Of a stretch of 64,000 nucleotides of DNA, positions 18,776 to 26,752 are shown piece by piece. A program made the position numbers and the translations under genes. Each line of letters opens with the position of its first letter. Position 1 is the first letter of the stretch. The stretch covers positions 76,718 through 140,717 of the forward strand of contig CAYOQI010000003.1 of the NCBI GenBank assembly GCA_964406075.1, in the 5' to 3' direction. The notes under the pieces were generated by a model that saw only the letters and a list, made by a program, of their open reading frames with translations, was not told the DNA's origin and did not search any database. The DNA comes from an uncultured Pseudomonadales bacterium (lineage in GTDB: Bacteria; Patescibacteriota; Microgenomatia; UBA1400; PJMF01).

Positions 18776-19615
18776 GTGAATCATCCTGAATGGCCATTAC
18801 TTCCTTCTGGAATAAGCAAAGAGAGTGTTGCTTCTAATCTTCCTTGGGCTGAACAAGCATTACAACATGTTGGAAATCATCTTGGTGATCATGTTGATGC
18901 ACAAGGTGATCCTATCTTTCAGTTGAACGAAGGAATCATACATTGGCCCGAAAAAGCAAATGATTTTGAAATATTACACATAATTGATGAATTACTTCGA
19001 AAACATATTCATTTAGAAGCAGAAGAAATTGAAGATCTTATTCCAGTCATTCGGAAGCTTTTACTCAAAACACAACTTTTTTCTGTACTTCATGATCCAA
19101 GTATTAAAGTTAGTGAAGCTCATGCTTGTGAAACAATTTTTAACCATACTCTTGAGGTTTTCCGCCAAGCATTACAGTATGATTTTGGTCGGAGTAAAGA
19201 AGAATTAATTAAGCGGAGAGCACTACTGTGGATGTCGCTCGACCATGACAGTGGGAAAATATTTGGTGCAGTAGGAAAAGATTCTCAGTTTCATGCATTT
19301 ATTTCGACATTTTTACTGTATGAGTTTTTTTATCAAATCAAGGATTTTTCACCGGAATTAATTCAACAGATGTTATATGGAATTCAGTATCATCATTCAT
19401 TTGAAGAATTAGCTCATAAATGGTTGAGTAAAAGACAAATGATTCGTAGATTTAGAGAAGATGAAACAACACATGGATTATTTATGAGATTATCATTAGC
19501 CGATGTCAGAAGCACCGGGCAATATGCTGAGTTTGCGGAACAAAATATCAACATTTCCGATCTGTTATTTCCTCATTTCTCTCAAAATGGTTTTCATGCT
19601 CGGCAAAGGCAATAA
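18776..19615 (+). CDS. HD-domain phosphohydrolase
   Basis: NHTLEV...LDHDSGK (H...HD) pattern. GTG start. Confidence 0.5.
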   Translation: MNHPEWPLLPSGISKESVASNLPWAEQALQHVGNHLGDHVDAQGDPIFQLNEGIIHWPEKANDFEILHIIDELLRKHIHLEAEEIEDLIPVIRKLLLKTQLFSVLHDPSIKVSEAHACETIFNHTLEVFRQALQYDFGRSKEELIKRRALLWMSLDHDSGKIFGAVGKDSQFHAFISTFLLYEFFYQIKDFSPELIQQMLYGIQYHHSFEELAHKWLSKRQMIRRFREDETTHGLFMRLSLADVRSTGQYAEFAEQNINISDLLFPHFSQNGFHARQRQ

Positions 19616-19628
19616 GAATTTCAAGAAG

Positions 19629-20588
19629 TTATTTTTTTTTCACTCTGACCTGCCGCTTAAATTCTGCCAGGAATACTCCGATCGTAATTAATACAACTGT
19701 TACGATGGAATAGGTACTGATCGATTCTCTCAACCAAATCACAGACAACGGAATGAAGACAAGTGGTTGCAAATAGGTAAAAATTCCAGCTTCAGATGCC
19801 TCAATTCCATCCTGACCTTTGATATATGCTGTGAGCCCGATGATCGAGCCAAAAAGCGCCATATAGAGTACTGCCCATTGAACGGTAGAAACGCTTAAAT
19901 CCAGTTTCGCATTTGTTAAAAAAACTGTCATGGAATTATTGGAAATGACCCAATCAATGATAAAGAAAGAAATCAGTCCGACATAAAAACTGACTGAGGT
20001 GACAAAAAGTTTTGGAATACCTTTGTAGTGTTTTTTGGCAATGATAAAGTAGGCGGCTGTGGCTAGATTTTGAAGTAAGACTAAAAAATTTCCGAGTGTC
20101 GAACCAGTGAGCTGAAGTGTCTGTCCTGAGAAAAATGGTTCAAGTGTCAGAGCGACTGTGCCAATAAAAGCTAGCCCCAAGCCAAACATTTCATGTCGTT
20201 CCACTTTTTCTTTTAAAAATAACAATCCACCGATGGTAATAAAAATTGGAGTTGTGGTCACAATCAAACTTGCTTCGACTGCTGATGTTCTTTCTAACCC
20301 TGCATATAAAAGTCCCAAGGCGAGCGTGGTTCCAATCGATTCAGAAACGATAATTTTAAAGATAGCGTGATGTTTACGATCGACTTTTGGCCAGTAATAG
20401 ACCAAAACAGGGAAGCTTAAAATTGCTGCTAAAACAAAGCGATAAAACAAGAAAAGGAAAGGGGAAGTTGAGTCTAAAGCAGGTTTGACGATGGGTAAAG
20501 CAGCACCCCAAAGTACCACGTTGAGCAATAAGAAAAGAATTGAAATGCGGCGGGTAGAAGGTAAGGTTTTTTTTAATACTTTACGCAT
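19629..20588 (-). CDS. EamA/DMT-family transporter
   Basis: About 10 predicted hydrophobic helices arranged as two EamA-like halves. Confidence 0.65.
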   Translation of the reverse strand: MRKVLKKTLPSTRRISILFLLLNVVLWGAALPIVKPALDSTSPFLFLFYRFVLAAILSFPVLVYYWPKVDRKHHAIFKIIVSESIGTTLALGLLYAGLERTSAVEASLIVTTTPIFITIGGLLFLKEKVERHEMFGLGLAFIGTVALTLEPFFSGQTLQLTGSTLGNFLVLLQNLATAAYFIIAKKHYKGIPKLFVTSVSFYVGLISFFIIDWVISNNSMTVFLTNAKLDLSVSTVQWAVLYMALFGSIIGLTAYIKGQDGIEASEAGIFTYLQPLVFIPLSVIWLRESISTYSIVTVVLITIGVFLAEFKRQVRVKKK

Positions 20589-20632
20589 TAAAGTAGTATG
20601 GGGAATTTATGAAGAAGGTGCAAGGTTTCTTG

Positions 20633-21385
20633 TTACTTTTTCAACTCATACATAATAATTCCAAAACTGACGCTGGCGTTTAAAGATTCTGCTTTTCCAA
20701 ACCCAGGTATGCTCATTACTGAGTCTGCAAGTTGATCTACTTCAGGAGACGTCCCGATGGATTCATTGCCAATCACAAGCGCAAGTTGGTTGGTTGCCTG
20801 GTTGGATGGTTGACTAGTTTGAGTTTCAGGGCGGGTGACTATCAACTTAACACCTTTCGACTTCAACATATTTAAATCTTCAAGTAAATTGTCTGAGACA
20901 TACAGCGGAAGATGAAAAATCGAACCCATCGTCGATCTGAGGACTTTATCGTTGTACGGATCGGCGCCGTTGACAGTAGTCATCACAGCATCGGCTCCAA
21001 ACCAATCAGCGGTCCGAATCATGGTACCAAGATTTCCAGGATCTTTGATATCTTCAAAAACGACAATCATTTTTTTATCAAAAAGACTTTCCAGTTGAGG
21101 ATCATTTTTTCTGACCACTGCAAAAATACCGGCAGGAGTTTTAGATGAAGTTAAGCGTTCTGCATTTGAATCAGAAATAATTGATAACGGTATGTTCGAA
21201 ATTGATAATTGTGAAAGGTAAATGCGTTCATTTCGATCAAACGTCTCAGTGAAAATGATTTGAACAATCGCTTGTTTTGATGAAAGAGCCTCTTCAACAA
21301 TTTTTTTTCCTTCAATCAAAAAAACACCTTCTTTGTTTCTGAAAGATCGTTTTTGGAGTTTGGAGAGTTCTTTGACTGAGTACAT
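20633..21385 (-). CDS. SpoU/TrmH-family RNA 2'-O-methyltransferase
   Basis: DPGNLGTMIRTADWFG, GNESIGTS and ESLNASVS motifs. Confidence 0.8.
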   Translation of the reverse strand: MYSVKELSKLQKRSFRNKEGVFLIEGKKIVEEALSSKQAIVQIIFTETFDRNERIYLSQLSISNIPLSIISDSNAERLTSSKTPAGIFAVVRKNDPQLESLFDKKMIVVFEDIKDPGNLGTMIRTADWFGADAVMTTVNGADPYNDKVLRSTMGSIFHLPLYVSDNLLEDLNMLKSKGVKLIVTRPETQTSQPSNQATNQLALVIGNESIGTSPEVDQLADSVMSIPGFGKAESLNASVSFGIIMYELKK

Positions 21386-21396
21386 GAGTTGATTGG

Positions 21397-22638
21397 TTAA
21401 GAAACTGATTGGATGAATTCAGCCACAGATACTTGTTTTTGGTCTCGAGTTTGAATATTTTTGACAGTGATTAGGTTTTTCTGAATCTCTTCTTCACCAG
21501 CAATCACCGCATATTGAATACCTTTTTTCTCAGCGTTTTGCAGTTGTTTGCCGATGGTTTCATTCATATCCGGATAGACTTCGGTGCGAATATCAGCTTG
21601 TCTGAGTTGTTTAGCAATTACTAGAGAGTTGGGAAGTGTCTGGTCATTAAAAACTGTCACCAGAACTTGAGTTCCAGTATTCTCAATTTTAATTAAATCT
21701 AGTTGATCGGCGGCTTCGACTGTTCGATCAAAACCAAGTCCAAAACCAACTGCTGGTATAGAAACACCAGAGAGTTGTTCAATCAATTTGTCATATCTTC
21801 CACCACCACCAACAGAACCAACTGTGTATTCAGGAATTCTGCCTTCAAAAATTAGTCCAGTGTAGTAATCGAGTCCACGGGCAATTTTGGGATTAAAAAC
21901 CAGTGCTTCTTTCTTGACTCCCAAACTTACGGCTTGATCAATAATCTGACGAAGGTTATCTGACATTTCCGCAGTTTCAATTGCGGTGATCGTGTTATCA
22001 GCATTTTCTTCGGAAATACCTTTATTCATTAATTCTTTGGCAACATCTTCGGGACTCATTTTATCGAGCTTATCAATTGACTGAATGATCGAAAACACAT
22101 CACAACTATCGTTCGCGAATTCGGACAGAGTTTGTATCAATGTCTGTCGATCGTTCACTTCAATTTTGATCGAAGTTAATCCAATTTCTTGATAAATGAA
22201 GTAATAGACGGCTAAGATTTCAGCATCTGCAATTGAAGAATTTGAAAAAATATCGGCATCACATTGAGCGAATTCTCTAAATCTCCCTTTTTGAGGCTTA
22301 TCCGCTCGAAAAACATTCTGCATTTGATAGCGACGAAAATACTTTGGCAGTTCATTTTGATATTGAGCCAACACTCGAGCAGTCGGAACAGTTTGATCAT
22401 AGCGTAAGGCTACTTCACGCTCACCACGATCTTGAAATGAATAGACCAATTTGTCTGCCTCATCACCATATTTTCCGAGGAGGAGGGAAGCGTACTCAAG
22501 AGTGGGCGTTTCAAGCGGTGCAAAACCAAACCGTTCGAAAACAGTTTTGATTTTTCCTGCCACGACATCACGCTTCCGTTTTTCTTCTGGAAGGAAATCT
22601 CGAAAGCCTTTTAGTGTTTGTAGCTGATCATTTTTCAT
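21397..22638 (-). CDS. hisS: histidine--tRNA ligase
   Basis: LKGFRDFLPEE, FRADKPQKGRFREFAQCD and GGGRYD motifs. The start at 22638 (MKNDQLQTLKGFRD) is preferred, with in-frame ATGs further upstream to 22695. Confidence 0.85.
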   Translation of the reverse strand: MKNDQLQTLKGFRDFLPEEKRKRDVVAGKIKTVFERFGFAPLETPTLEYASLLLGKYGDEADKLVYSFQDRGEREVALRYDQTVPTARVLAQYQNELPKYFRRYQMQNVFRADKPQKGRFREFAQCDADIFSNSSIADAEILAVYYFIYQEIGLTSIKIEVNDRQTLIQTLSEFANDSCDVFSIIQSIDKLDKMSPEDVAKELMNKGISEENADNTITAIETAEMSDNLRQIIDQAVSLGVKKEALVFNPKIARGLDYYTGLIFEGRIPEYTVGSVGGGGRYDKLIEQLSGVSIPAVGFGLGFDRTVEAADQLDLIKIENTGTQVLVTVFNDQTLPNSLVIAKQLRQADIRTEVYPDMNETIGKQLQNAEKKGIQYAVIAGEEEIQKNLITVKNIQTRDQKQVSVAEFIQSVS

Positions 22639-22717
22639 AGTGTTCTTTCTGGTAGATTGTACCATTTTATTCATGTATCGAACTGATATAGTCATTTTTT
22701 TTAACTAAAAAATGCAT

Positions 22718-22741
22718 AAAAAAAGCTCCGGTTGGGAGCTT
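22718..22741 (-). terminator. intrinsic terminator (attenuator) between the His-rich mini-ORF and hisS
   Basis: On the minus strand: AAGCTCC-caacc-GGAGCTT followed by a T run. Confidence 0.65.
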
Positions 22742-22766
22742 GGTCAATGTTGGTCTATAAAGAAAA

Positions 22767-22841
22767 TTATGCCATCAAAAAACCAGCACCCGAAATATGA
22801 GAGTGGTGATGATGAGCTGAAGAAATGACTTTAAATAACAT
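22767..22841 (-). CDS. His-rich leader peptide candidate MLFKVISSAHHHHSHISGAGFLMA
   Basis: 24 codons with CAT CAT CAC CAC TCT CAT. Lies between a consensus promoter and a terminator, upstream of hisS. Confidence 0.55.
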   Translation of the reverse strand: MLFKVISSAHHHHSHISGAGFLMA

Positions 22842-22849
22842 ACGACTTA

Positions 22850-22877
22850 ATTATATCCTATAGTGTTTGGTTGTCAA
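22850..22877 (-). promoter_or_regulatory. consensus sigma70 promoter (TTGACA-16 nt-TATAAT) overlapping the GNAT gene 3' end
   Basis: On the minus strand: TTGACA at 22877-22872 and TATAAT at 22855-22850. The mini-ORF ATG follows 8 nt after the -10 box. Confidence 0.55.
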
Positions 22878-23409
22878 TTAATTTGTAGTAAATGAGTTCG
22901 TCTTGATATTGATCCTGCCATTTTGTTGCTTTTGGTTTCTCACCACAAAGAATAAATCCCTGAGATTCATAGAGTTTTTTGGCTTCGATATTTGAGGACA
23001 GACAAGAGAGGTACAGCACTTCGAGTTCCGCTTCACTGGCTTGTTGAATAACTGAGAGCATCAGGGCTTTTCCAATTCCATTTTTTCTAAATTCTGGGTG
23101 AACTGACAAGTTAAAAACTTGTCCAGTATGGGCCATTTTTTTCTCAAAGTTCTGAGTTAACTGAATATATCCGACCATTTTTTCGTCAATAAAATATCCA
23201 AAATAGCCAAAATGCGGTGGATTGAAATTATCTAAGACTGTGTAGCGAAAAAAATGTTCAGGTTGATCAACTTCAAATTCATATGAAGACAAGAACGAAT
23301 TGGGGTTTGACTGGAGAACTATCAAACGAAGTTCCCTGTACGCTTGAGCATCGTTTTGAGTTAAAAGACGAATTGAAGGTTTTTGTTGAGTAGCTGCCAT
23401 ATGTAACAC
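22858..23409 (-). CDS. GNAT-family N-acetyltransferase
   Basis: Acetyl-CoA motif HPEFRKNGIGKALM. Confidence 0.75.
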   Translation of the reverse strand: MLHMAATQQKPSIRLLTQNDAQAYRELRLIVLQSNPNSFLSSYEFEVDQPEHFFRYTVLDNFNPPHFGYFGYFIDEKMVGYIQLTQNFEKKMAHTGQVFNLSVHPEFRKNGIGKALMLSVIQQASEAELEVLYLSCLSSNIEAKKLYESQGFILCGEKPKATKWQDQYQDELIYYKLIDNQTL

Positions 23410-23427
23410 TGAATATCTTTTCTAAAA

Positions 23428-23483
23428 TTCACCCCTTTCCCGGCACGTTCGTGTCGGGTTTTCCCCTCAAAAGAAGGGAAAAT
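23428..23483 (+). repeat. structured intergenic element, copy A (TTCACCCCTTTC - variable hairpin - TTTCCCCTC..GGGAAAAT)
   Basis: Shares both conserved flanks with the copy at 28956. The internal hairpin CCCGGCAC/GTGTCGGG differs in sequence from that copy but keeps its pairing. Confidence 0.5.
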
Positions 23484-23484
23484 A

Positions 23485-24549
23485 TCATATGAGTTCTTCA
23501 CAACCTTTTGATGAAAATAAAACGGAGTTTTCAAAACGGTAGCCAAACTGCCCTGGTAAATAAATCCCTGGCTCAATAGTGATCACACAATGATCTGGTA
23601 AAAGCTGATCATTTTTCCAATTGAGTGATGGTGGTTCATGAACGACGATGCCGACTCCATGACCAGTAGTATGGATGAACTGTAAACCATATCCTGCTTT
23701 AGTTATAACTGATCGGGCAACCTGATCGATATCTTTCGCTTGTAATTGTTTATCCGAATTACAAGTCTTCAAAGCAGTCGAATATGCATGCTTAACGATT
23801 CGTTCCACTTTTGTAAATTGTTGTGATGGTGTATCCCCAAACCAAAATGTTCGAGTCACATCCGCACAATAACCTTGCCATTTGGCGCCAATATCGATAA
23901 GTATAACTTCATTCTCTTTTAATTTTCGATCTGTAGGTTGGTGATGTGGCAGGGCAGAATTGTCAGAAAATGCGACGATAGTTGGAAAAGCCATAGTTTC
24001 TACGCCTTGATCAGATAAATACACTTCGAGCAGTTTTTTCACTGCTTTCTCTGACATACCAACTTTTATTTTCTTCTTCATTTCTAAAATAGCTTCATGA
24101 GTGAGACTGTTTGCTTTTCTGATTAACAGTATTTCACTTTCATCTTTTATCATTCGAAGCTCATCCAGCGGATCAACTTTTATCATTTCAAATGAAAGTT
24201 GAGACAGTTTGGTTTTTATTGTTTCAAATTCTTGAACGAATAAAGTATTCCCATCAAATTGAATACTGTTGATCTGATTTTTTTTACTCCATTCACCAAT
24301 CAGCTCAGTGAAGGGTGCTTGGCTACTCATATGATGGACGGGAATGTTGATGTTCGTGGGCAATGGTGAAAAAGGTGTTAAAAAACAGACAATTGCTGAG
24401 TCTGAAACAAGCAAAAAGCCTTCTCGTTCTTCAGGAGTAAGTTGTTGAATGCCTGTCAAATAAAAGAGGTGGGCAGAATCAGAGATGAGTAGAGCAGTTT
24501 TTGGCGGAACTTTTTTTTGAAGAAGAGATATTCGTGTTTGATAGTTCAT
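23485..24549 (-). CDS. M24-family Xaa-Pro aminopeptidase
   Basis: DIGAKWQGYCADVTRT, HGVGIVVHEPP and ITIEPGIY metal-ligand motifs. Confidence 0.8.
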   Translation of the reverse strand: MNYQTRISLLQKKVPPKTALLISDSAHLFYLTGIQQLTPEEREGFLLVSDSAIVCFLTPFSPLPTNINIPVHHMSSQAPFTELIGEWSKKNQINSIQFDGNTLFVQEFETIKTKLSQLSFEMIKVDPLDELRMIKDESEILLIRKANSLTHEAILEMKKKIKVGMSEKAVKKLLEVYLSDQGVETMAFPTIVAFSDNSALPHHQPTDRKLKENEVILIDIGAKWQGYCADVTRTFWFGDTPSQQFTKVERIVKHAYSTALKTCNSDKQLQAKDIDQVARSVITKAGYGLQFIHTTGHGVGIVVHEPPSLNWKNDQLLPDHCVITIEPGIYLPGQFGYRFENSVLFSSKGCEELI

Positions 24550-24604
24550 GAGGAGTTAGAAAATTGCACGTTTCATGATTGCGGTACTGTTCAGAATTCA
24601 CATT

Positions 24605-25321
24605 TTACTCAGCATTCACTTCACCCAAGGTTCTGAGTACAGTAACTCGGCCACTAGAATTCTTAACCGTCTGTGCTGTGGCTTCTTCAGCGACTGAGAC
24701 GATCAGCACGTCTTGATCAATTTCAACATCAGCTACTTTGACAACTTCACCGTCAGTGTTTGTAAAACGAGTTTTAGTGGTAAAAGCGAAAATCTTTTCT
24801 TCTCCAGCCCGAGTAAGGATCGTCACAGAGTTCTTTTCAACTTTCTTAACATTACCGACTATGATGGTTCGAGTCGGAGGACGGAGTGGAGTTTTGGAAA
24901 GATAAATTCTTTCTGGTGCGAATTCATCCTTCACCTGAGTACCAATCACAACGACTTCATTGCTGATCTCGATATCAGTTCGAGCAATGGTTTTTTTTGC
25001 TTCAAAAAATTGAATATCACCGGTGATTGTTAATACTACAGGTCCTCGAGGCGTATCGAGCGTGAGGGCTTCTTCTGAAATTCTTCGAACTACTCCAATA
25101 AAACCTTTTTTAGGTGCGCCATCTGTGATGCCTTTAATACGTTCGCTTTTCTCTTCGATGACTTTTTTTAATCGATCTTTTAAATTTTGCTGTATGGCTT
25201 CATCACTGGAACTCGTGACATCTTCAGGTTCAGGAGAAGGTGTTTGGGCGGAAATAGAAGATACACTTGATAATGAAAAAAGAAAAAGCAATGTAGTTAT
25301 GATGATGGTTGTTTGTTTCAT
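24605..25321 (-). CDS. secreted hypothetical protein
   Basis: N-terminal signal-like segment MKQTTIIITTLLFLFSLSSVSSISAQ. No known motif. Confidence 0.5.
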   Translation of the reverse strand: MKQTTIIITTLLFLFSLSSVSSISAQTPSPEPEDVTSSSDEAIQQNLKDRLKKVIEEKSERIKGITDGAPKKGFIGVVRRISEEALTLDTPRGPVVLTITGDIQFFEAKKTIARTDIEISNEVVVIGTQVKDEFAPERIYLSKTPLRPPTRTIIVGNVKKVEKNSVTILTRAGEEKIFAFTTKTRFTNTDGEVVKVADVEIDQDVLIVSVAEEATAQTVKNSSGRVTVLRTLGEVNAE

Positions 25322-25860
25322 GGGGTTGCAATCGGTTTAGGTGTAACTGTTGGTTTTACGGTCGCTTTGGGGCTGGCACTTGCTTTGGCAGACGGTGAAG
25401 GAGTGGTGTTGGTTTTAGCACTTGCTGATGCAGTTTCGACGCCTGTCTCAGGATCAAGGATGACAACAAGGTCCTTGACGTGTTCTGTGCCATCAGAGCT
25501 TAAACTCGTTACTTGAATGATGTTACTTCCTGCAGTTAATTGAATTTTGACTGCAAACGCCCCGATATCATCGGCCTGTGTAATGTATTCTTGTTCATTA
25601 ACAAAAATTACGACCATCTCTTGGCTTTGAGTTGTACCACTGAGCGTGATGTCACTTTCATATACGACGGATTCATTTTGAGGTGAAGTTATAAATAGCT
25701 TTTCCGCTCCAGAAGGAGAAGGAAGTACTTCTGCACTTGTGACAGTTTCAATCTGAGCAACAGGTGGTGCAAAGCGTTGACGAACTTGATAAATACCATA
25801 GGTAATGCCAAGTCCAACAATAATACCGATAAATATTGCTAAGAATGCTTCTTTTTTCAT
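25318..25860 (-). CDS. membrane-anchored hypothetical protein with a Pro/Thr/Ala/Lys-rich tail
   Basis: N-terminal TM helix. 4-nt overlap with the downstream ORF. Confidence 0.5.
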   Translation of the reverse strand: MKKEAFLAIFIGIIVGLGITYGIYQVRQRFAPPVAQIETVTSAEVLPSPSGAEKLFITSPQNESVVYESDITLSGTTQSQEMVVIFVNEQEYITQADDIGAFAVKIQLTAGSNIIQVTSLSSDGTEHVKDLVVILDPETGVETASASAKTNTTPSPSAKASASPKATVKPTVTPKPIATP

Positions 25861-25961
25861 GAGAGGGGCTCTTTAATTTAAGTTTTAACAGCTATTAGAA
25901 CATCTCATTATACATGATTGATGCATTGGGCAAAGCTTAGAAATTTTTAAGTGCTAGAATG

Positions 25962-25990
25962 TTGACAACTAAGAAGAGGGTTGCTAACTT
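25962..25990 (+). promoter_or_regulatory. sigma70-type promoter (TTGACA-17 nt-TAACTT)
   Basis: TTGACA at 25962-25967 and TAACTT at 25985-25990. AAGGAG RBS at 26010-26015 before the ATG at 26020. Confidence 0.4.
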
Positions 25991-26019
25991 CCACGTTAGT
26001 TGTTAATTGAAGGAGAAGT

Positions 26020-26682
26020 ATGGAAATTCAGTATTTAGGACATTCATGTTTTAAGCTCAAAGGGAAAGCGGGTACCGTCATTTGTGACCCGTACGATTCC
26101 TCGGTGGGTTTTTCATTGACTAGTGTCAGTGGAGATGTGGTGACGTTATCTCATGATCATTTTGATCACAATGCTAGTAATAAAGTAAAAGGTACAGCTC
26201 GAAGAGAGCAACCATTTATCGTAAACTCTCCTGGAGAATATGAAGTAGGTGGTATCTCCATTTTTGGAGTACCAACTTTTCATGATGAATCAAAAGGAAC
26301 AGAACGAGGAAGAAATATTGTCTTCACTATTGTGCTTGATCATTTGCGCATCTGTCACTTAGGTGACTTGGGTCATACTTTGACTGATCAGGATGTGTCC
26401 CAAATTGGAACTGTGGATGTTCTGCTAGTCCCAGTCGGAGGGTTATTTACGATCAATGCGGCGCAAGCTGTAGAAGTCATTTCTAGTATTGAGCCAAGCT
26501 ATGTGATCCCCATGCACTATAAAACTGATGATCACCACCCTGATACATATAAAGATATGCAACCCGTTGACGTATTTTTAAAAGAATATGGAGTGACTAA
26601 GAAACCAGTTACAACATTAAGTGTTGAAATGGGGAGATTACCAGAAGAAACTGAAGTGGTGATTATGGAGAAGAGTAAGTAA
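26020..26682 (+). CDS. metallo-beta-lactamase-fold hydrolase (UPF0173-like)
   Basis: YLGHSCF start and SHDHFDHN metal motif. Confidence 0.75.
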   Translation: MEIQYLGHSCFKLKGKAGTVICDPYDSSVGFSLTSVSGDVVTLSHDHFDHNASNKVKGTARREQPFIVNSPGEYEVGGISIFGVPTFHDESKGTERGRNIVFTIVLDHLRICHLGDLGHTLTDQDVSQIGTVDVLLVPVGGLFTINAAQAVEVISSIEPSYVIPMHYKTDDHHPDTYKDMQPVDVFLKEYGVTKKPVTTLSVEMGRLPEETEVVIMEKSK

Positions 26683-26752
26683 TGATTGACCAGTTATCAC
26701 TGGATAGTTGGCTGTTTCATTTCACATACATTTATTATTCGATTGAGATCCC

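Noticed and set aside
23489-23542. 17-codon plus-strand ORF (MSSSQPFDENKTEFSKR) following repeat copy A.
   Set aside because: It overlaps the 3' end of the M24 peptidase gene in antisense and is very short. I note it only because its ATG sits at the same distance from the repeat as the lgt ATG does from copy B. That is not enough to call a gene.
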